A stretch of DNA of 64,000 nucleotides from Azolla caroliniana. Its lineage: Eukaryota > Plantae > Polypodiophyta. This document shows positions 57,764 through 64,000 of this stretch, one piece after another. The notes beneath the pieces were generated by a model that worked only from the letters and a program-made list of their open reading frames with translations, had not been told where the DNA came from and ran no database searches. Within the stretch, counting starts at the first letter, position 1, and each line of letters starts with the position of its first letter. Made by a program: the position numbers and the translations under genes. The DNA lies in the NCBI GenBank assembly GCA_043228905.1, contig JBHGNT010000013.1, positions 10,912,001 to 10,976,000 on the forward strand, in the 5' to 3' direction.

Positions 57764-60703
57764 TCAGTCTTCCTCCAAAATATCGAGCAAACTCCGCTCG
57801 AAGGTGTCAAGTGGTGCCTCTTCCTCCAATTCCTGTTCCTTGCCTGCTTGGTCTCCGACCTTCGGTTGGGTTGGCTGTTCCATAAAAATTTGCTGCTCCG
57901 GCTCTGCTTGATTCTGTGGTGCCGGTGCTTCCTCACCGCTCCGTCCGGGTTCTTCCTGTTCTTCCTCCGTTCCAGGCTCTGTTCTGTTACCAGTGTCGCT
58001 TTCTCTGGTCTCGACTGGTCGGTTCGGTGCGCCTTCTTCCTCTGCTCCGGTGTTTTCTGGTCTCAGCTCTTCTTCTTCCCCGGCATCGGTCTGCACCTGC
58101 TCTTCTTGATTTTCTTGGACCGGAAGTTCTTCTTTGGGTATTCCTTGTCGGGGTTGTTTGGTGTCGGTTGGTTCAGCTTCAGCTAGTCGCTCTCCCTCAC
58201 TTATAGTGATTGGCGTCGTTCTTCCCTCGGCTTCCTGTCGTAACCGGTCCTGCTCGTATTTCTCCAACTCCAAATGAGTTGCGAGCTGCCAACCCTCTAC
58301 CAACCCTCGGATTTCTTTGAGATGTTCTTCCGCTAAAGCGTAGAAATCCTCTGACAATTCTTCCCGAATGGCGACGATACTTTCTTCATCCATCTTGTAG
58401 AACTTGTCACCGGTCTTCCTCCGATTCTCGGCATCAGCTTGGAGTGTCTGCAGCTCGACTGCCTGTTGTGACCACTCCTTCCATAGCTTTTCCGTACTTT
58501 CGTTGATGCTTGCCTGAGCTCGGGTACTCCAACATGACATGATGAGCTTGATTCGGTCAACCCCCGCTTTAGCATGCGCATAAGCTTCTTGCTTTTCCTT
58601 CCTTGCCCGTTTTATAATGTCAGCCATTATCTGAGCCTGGGCTTCGTAATCCGCTCTCTGCTTTTCATAGGCACTTTGCAGTTTGTTGAGCATGAAGGTC
58701 GATCTTTCCTTTTCTTCATTCCGGATCTTGGTCAGATCCAGCTTTTCTCGCCTTAGCGCCTCTAATTCCTTCCTTCTCTCCGTCGCTTGGGTTATTTCCG
58801 CTGACAATGTTTCCTTTTTGGTACTGACCTCGTCCATTGTCTTAGCTAGGTCCAATCGGGTCTCTTTGAGCTGTTCTTTCAGCTTCTCTATTTGCCGGTT
58901 GTAGTCTGTTACCCATTTCTTGTTGTTCAACTCGGCCTGCTTGTGATCTCGGTAGAGTCGGTCGAAGTCCTCCGTCTTCTGCTTCAGGCGTCGGCTCACC
59001 TGAGCTCTTAACCGGTCGTCCCGGTCCTTCTGTTGTCGGAGTTCTTCCTGCAGTCGCTCTATCTCCTGCTCAGCCTGTCGACGCAGTCGGTCCTTCTCCT
59101 TTTGCAGCTTTTCTTTTTCTTCTTGCAGTCGGTCATTAGTGGCTCGGCCTTTCCGGAGGCCTTCTTCCATTCTTCATCTGTCGTCCTCCACCTCTTTCCG
59201 CTGCTCCCTTTCTTTGTCCCTTAATGCCTCCTGAGCTTTTAACTCCTCTCGCAAGGTTTCTATTATTTTTTCGGTCTCAGGGCCGGTTTGCAATGCTACC
59301 GGTTCCGGTTCCGGTTCTGGTTGCTTCCTTGTTGTCCCGACCGGCTCTGTGACAACTTGTGCTTGTTGAATTCTTTCCCTCGCCTGCAACAGCTCCCCTT
59401 GCAACTCCTGGATCTGTGTTCGGAGCGCGACCAACTCCTGGGTTGTTGTATGCGTTAGGTGTTGCCTACGCGTTTCTTCTTCCTCTAACTGGTCCGCTAC
59501 TCCCGACACCTGCTCCGAAAGCCATCTCAGCCATTGTGGCTTTGTGCTTCCTGTGTCGGAGTAGCATTGCTCACTTCTACTTCTTAACTCAGGCTATTTT
59601 TCCGGTCTTTTCTCTGGCTCCGGTGCTTGTTCCTTCCTCTTCTCCGGAATGACCGGTTCTCTGAAGTCCGGCAAAACCGGTTCCGATACTGCTTCCCTCG
59701 GCGTGGGTTCCGGTACTGCTTCCGCCCCGGCTACTGGAGGTGGTCCTTGCACCCTCTGCTGAGTTCTGTCAACTGGTGGAGCCGGTCCTCTCGCCCGTCT
59801 CTCCCGACCTTGTCTTGCTGGGAGTCTTACCAGTGGTTCGGATGAGTCTTCTTCCGTCTCAGCTTCCTCCTCCGGTGCGGCTACCAAACAGACCTTTTGT
59901 ATAAAGTCCTCTGGTTCCGGTTCCGGCCGTCGCACCGTTATATTGATTGGTTTGAGCGCTACCGGTTCTTCCTCAGCCGGTTCCTTGTTGGTCTTCCTCA
60001 CCGGTTTTCCTTTGCCTTTTCCTGCCGGTTTTGCCTTTGTTGCTGGTTCCTGTTGCTGTCGGGATGGTCCTTCCTCCTGCTGTTCTGCTTCTTCCTGGGT
60101 CCATCCGGGGGTGTGTTTCTCCTGGATTTGTCGGCGCTTTGTGACCTTTTTCGGCGTCGTCTCCTGCCGACCTCTTTTCTTTTGTTTGATGGGGAGCACC
60201 GGTGGGACTAACACCGTTAGCCATTGTGCTATCCCGGCCCATGGCTTTTTTCCTTCCACAAGGTTCTTGATGGCCTCCTTCAATCCTTCGGTTATGAAAT
60301 GGAGCCAGTCCACTTGTAATCCTTCGTACGTTGCAATTACGAACGCTGCCCGGTACCTGGCTATGGCCGGGGGACGAGAATTCACGAATCCGTACTCCAT
60401 CATGGCGCGGGCCACTTCTCCGAACAACAGGTTCTCTCCGCCCTGTGTTCGGTACGCCTTGCTATTGATGGAATACTCACCGAAATATTCGAATAGGATT
60501 TGACTTGAAGGGTTTTCGATCGTTTGAAGTCCTCCTGCTTTTATCCCCGTGAGCGCCTACACTGCTCCTTCCGTGACTTCTGATAAATCAATCGATGCTG
60601 CCGCCTGCTCTGGTTATGCGTGTGGTGGAGCGTTGGCGATCCGCAACAATCCTTCTAACCCGTTCTCTATCATCCATTGGCGTGCCTCTTCCGACAGTGC
60701 CAT
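57764..60703 (-). pseudogene. Extra ORF of Gypsy-C, about 979 codons in one frame with four premature stops (conserved N-domain, Pro/Glu linker, long coiled coil, acidic tail)
   Basis: ORFs 60614-61060, 59594-60427, 59174-59509 and 57764-59170 are all in the same frame; start at MALSEEARQW inferred by homology to Gypsy-B. Confidence 0.82.
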
Positions 60704-60879
60704 TGGTTCGGATTCTTCTTCTGTTCTCTGTTGTTCGGGATCAGGATGTGTGTGCTCTGTGCGTCGAATCGCTCTTTTGTGCTTCTGCGCCTGTGTGTAG
60801 GAAAATTCGTAAAAAGTAAGTCCTTCGCAGGCCTGTGTCTTATATAGTGGCTTTTGCCTCGAGCCGCCCTCTTTCGGTT

Positions 60880-61040
60880 CCCGCGCATGTCTATCTCCCG
60901 CCATAATTAGCATGTCCTTTCTTGGTTGCCGCGTGTGCATATCTCTTGTCATCATTAGCAATTCTTCTCTTGATTGTCGCGTGTGCATATCTCCTGTCAT
61001 CATTAGCAATTCTTCTCTTGATTGCCGCACGTGCATAATA
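60880..61040. repeat. Three 48-bp tandem repeats between pol and the extra ORF
   Basis: GCATATCTC(T/C)TGTCATCATTAGCAATTCTTCTCTTGATTG(T/C)CGC; 16-aa periodicity in ORF 60614-61060. Confidence 0.85.
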
Positions 61041-61163
61041 TCTCGTACGTTGGTGCCCACGTTCTATGCTTTAAATAGCAAGTATGCGCACGTCCTCCTT
61101 TACTTCATGGCGCCTCTTCATTAAATGGTGGCACTCCCACCTCTTGTGATCTCCTCATCATCA

Positions 61164-64000
61164 TTACTTTGTTTTTTTTTTTTTTCGGACCACGTCATTT
61201 TCCGGTCCCGCCCGATTTGTTCGGGTCGGTTCGCGCTGATACCGGAATCTCCTTCTGTCGGTTTTCCGGGATAGTCTTTGTCGGTATCGGTGTCGGTTCT
61301 TCCTCGGTCCGGATTTCTGCAGCAGCGTCTGTCGGTGTCGGTTCCTCATCGTGCCGGATTTCCGGGTCTTGCTTGAACGGGTTGGCTGGCATATGTCCCT
61401 TATACGGCTTTAACCGAAACCCATTTGCCCACTTACCGATGACTTCTCCGGACTACGTGCCGAGCTGATACGGCCCATTGTACTCCTTGGTGATCCAGAA
61501 CGGTCCGGTCCACCGAAACCGCAACTTTCCCGGCATGTTCCCCATCTGTGTCTGGAACAGTAGCACCGGTTTTCCGACTTCGAACTCCTTTTCGTTGCCA
61601 CGCCGGTGTTGGTCCACGAAAGCTTTTCTCCTCCTTTGCTCCAGTTCGAGTTGTAGTAAGCTGGCTATTCGGTTTTCTTCTAATTCCAACAACGTCGCCA
61701 GCCGGATTTGTTCGGACTCCTTCTCACTTAAGCGCTCCTTTACCTGGATCCGTAAGTTGGGGATCTGGAACTCTACCGGCATGACCGCTTCTAAGCCGAA
61801 TGCTAGTCGGAACGGGGTTGTCCGGATGCTGGTTTTGTACGTTGTTCGGTACGCCCATAGCGCGCTCTGCAATTTCGTATCCCAGTCGGTCCGGTTCTCG
61901 TTGACGATTTTTCGTAGGATGTTCTGCAGAGTTTTGTTTGTCGATTCCGCTAGTCCATTGGCTTGAGGGTAGTAGGGAGTACTCCTTTTATGTACCACCG
62001 CGTAAAATGACGTCAGGCTTTCTACTACCTGGCCGAGAAAGTGTCCTCCTTGGTCACTTATAAGCTGGATCGGGCATCCATACCGGCACCATATGCACTC
62101 GTACAGGAACTTTGCCGTGGAAGCGGCCGTGTTGTCCCGTAAGGCCTTCGCTTCCACCCATTTGGTGCAATAGTCGGTCGCCACTATGACATACCAATTT
62201 CCGGTTTGCATTGCCGGTGGCTTGAAGGGACCGACAAAGTCCAAACCCCACTTTTGAAATGGTTCCAATGGCAAGACCGGGTGGTGTGGCATCCGAGCCT
62301 GCTCCGTGGGTTGGCCCAGTCGTTGACACAAATCGCATTCTCTGCTATACTTCACGGCATCTTTTAGGGTGGTGGGCCACCACAGTCCGTTCTGCCATAT
62401 TTTCCGAGCGGTTGCATCGCCGGCATAATGCCCGCCGGCAATTCCACAGTGGGCTTCCCTGAGGATTAGATCCTTCTCATCGCTCCGCACTGCTCGTCTC
62501 CAGATGCCATCTGCCCCCTTGTGATAGAGGGTGTCTCCAACCAAGCAGAAATGTCTGCTTCTTACTGCTACCCTTTTCCTTTCATCGCGGTCCATGTTCT
62601 CCGGGGGTACTCCGGTGCTCAGGAACTGATGCATCTCGGTTAGCCACTTGTCTTCATCGGCTACCATTGCATCCGTTTCCAGTTCCGTCGTGATCCGGAA
62701 CAACTCAGCGTCGGGGAACTCATCCTGTACGCCGTTCCCTGCTTCTCCGGATTCGAGTCTACTTAGGTGGTCCGCTACCGCATGCTGCGCCCCGGGTCGG
62801 TGGAAAATGTCGAATTCAAATTCCTATAACAACAATGTCCATCGTGCAATTTTTCCCGTCAGGGATGCCTTCGAGACCAGGTAGAGTAGTGCCGAATGGT
62901 CGACATGGAAGGAAAACTTCCTTCCGAGCAGATAGTGCCTGTACTTTGTGACACTATACACCATTCCTAATGCCTCTCGTTCTGTCGTAGAGTAGTTCCG
63001 TTCGGCTTTTGAGAGTTTCCGGCTTGCGTAGTACACCGGCCGGTACCATTTCGGCTCCGTGAGTTGCATCAGAACGCTGCCGATTGCTACGTCCGACGCG
63101 TCGACGAAGACGTGAAAGCTTTTACTCCAATCCGGCGGTTGCACCACCGGAGCTTGCGACAGCATAACCTTCAGCGCTTGGTAGGCTTTCTCCTCCGTCT
63201 CCGCCCATAGGAAGGGTACCCTGTGTACGACGGCATGCAATGGTGTAGCGAAGTCTGCGAGGTGCCGTATCATCCGGCTATGCCACCTTATTTGGCCCAG
63301 GAACCGGCTTAAAGCCTTTGCGTTATTTGGTGCCGCTGCCTCGAGAATCGCCTTTACTTTATCCGGATCTACCGCGATTCCTTCCTTACTGACCACGTGC
63401 CCTAGCAAGTTGCCGTTTGCCACTCCAAAGACGCACTTGGCCGGGTTCAGACTCAACCGGTACTCGCGACACTTCTCTAAGCACAGCCGGAGGTGATCGA
63501 GTTGCTCTCCGTGCCGGCTGTAGACCGCGAAATCGTCAAGGAAGACCTGCATAAAACCGGGGATATATTCCCCGAAAATTTCCATTATTATCCTTTGAAA
63601 GGTCGTTGGGGCCGTCTTTAGTCCGAACATCATCACGACCGCGACGAACACTCCCCATTCTGTAACGAACGCTATCTTCTCCTGGTCGGCCGGATTCATT
63701 CGTATTTGGTTGTAACCGCTAAATCCATCCAGGAAGCTGTAAACTTCGTGGCCGGCTACCGCATCTAACACCCCGTCCGTAAATGGTAGTGGAAACGCAT
63801 CGGTCACCGTTGCGGCATTTAGTTTCCGGTAGTCCACACATACCCGGATTTTGCCGTTCTTTTTCGGGACCACCACTATCGGACTCAGCCAGGTTGCCTG
63901 CTTGACCGGTCGGATAAATCCGACCCGGAGGAGCTTATCAATCTCCTCCACCTTCGCCGCATAATTCGGATTCATCCGGTACTTGCGTTGAGCGATCGGT
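61164..64000 (-). pseudogene. pol (RT-RH-INT) of Gypsy-C with in-frame stops
   Basis: CVDYRKLN, FLDGFSGYNQI, QVFLDD, FVDASD, WGLDFVGPF, WTGPF; stops at 62824-62826 and 61453-61455; no additional RNase H and no chromodomain. Confidence 0.93.

Larger units (their letters stand above)
57325..64000 (-). mobile_element. Gypsy-C: relative of Gypsy-B (3' LTR, extra ORF, INT, RH, RT); 5' part outside window
   Basis: RT/RH ORF 62824-63975 and INT ORF 61453-62703 are highly similar to Gypsy-B pol. LTR-like TGTTGT...CCAACA 57325-57713 with minus-strand TATAAAA near 57526-57532. Confidence 0.92.

Noticed and set aside
57764-59170. Host myosin/SMC-like coiled-coil gene or retroviral env
   Set aside because: It is in frame with upstream element ORF pieces, lies between integrase and LTR, has a homolog in Gypsy-B, and shows no signal peptide or TM segment.

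Overview
This is plant nuclear DNA, inferred to be from a fern or other seed-free vascular plant (PLS-E PPR gene, Tcn1-like chromoviruses, dense microsatellites). Positions 1-36353 are one deeply nested stack of LTR retrotransposons. The order from outside in is: degraded L1 LINE > old chromovirus > Copia-2 > Gypsy-A > two branches (Copia-H > Copia-1, and Gypsy-B > a young intact chromovirus plus a solo LTR). Most junctions resolve to the base with target-site duplications (TSDs). Then come a truncated Copia (38.3-40.2 kb), two convergent host genes (a two-exon PLS-E PPR gene and a single-exon MAKR/BKI1-like gene), a microsatellite-rich tract, a possible F-box pseudogene, and Gypsy-C, which runs off the window end. 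The most unusual signal is in the related elements Gypsy-B and Gypsy-C. Neither has a polypurine tract (PPT); instead, 2 nt from the 3' LTR sits a copy of a tRNA-Arg-like 3' end, i.e. an inverted second primer-binding site (PBS). This suggests tRNA priming of both DNA strands, or end-to-end self-pairing. Both elements also carry a homologous large extra ORF ending in LDILEE(E/D)-stop. The chromovirus LTRs combine an antisense tRNA-like A/B-box module, heat-shock-element arrays and a self-priming R/PBS pair. All alignments and counts were done by eye, and lineage names are from recalled motifs, not database searches.
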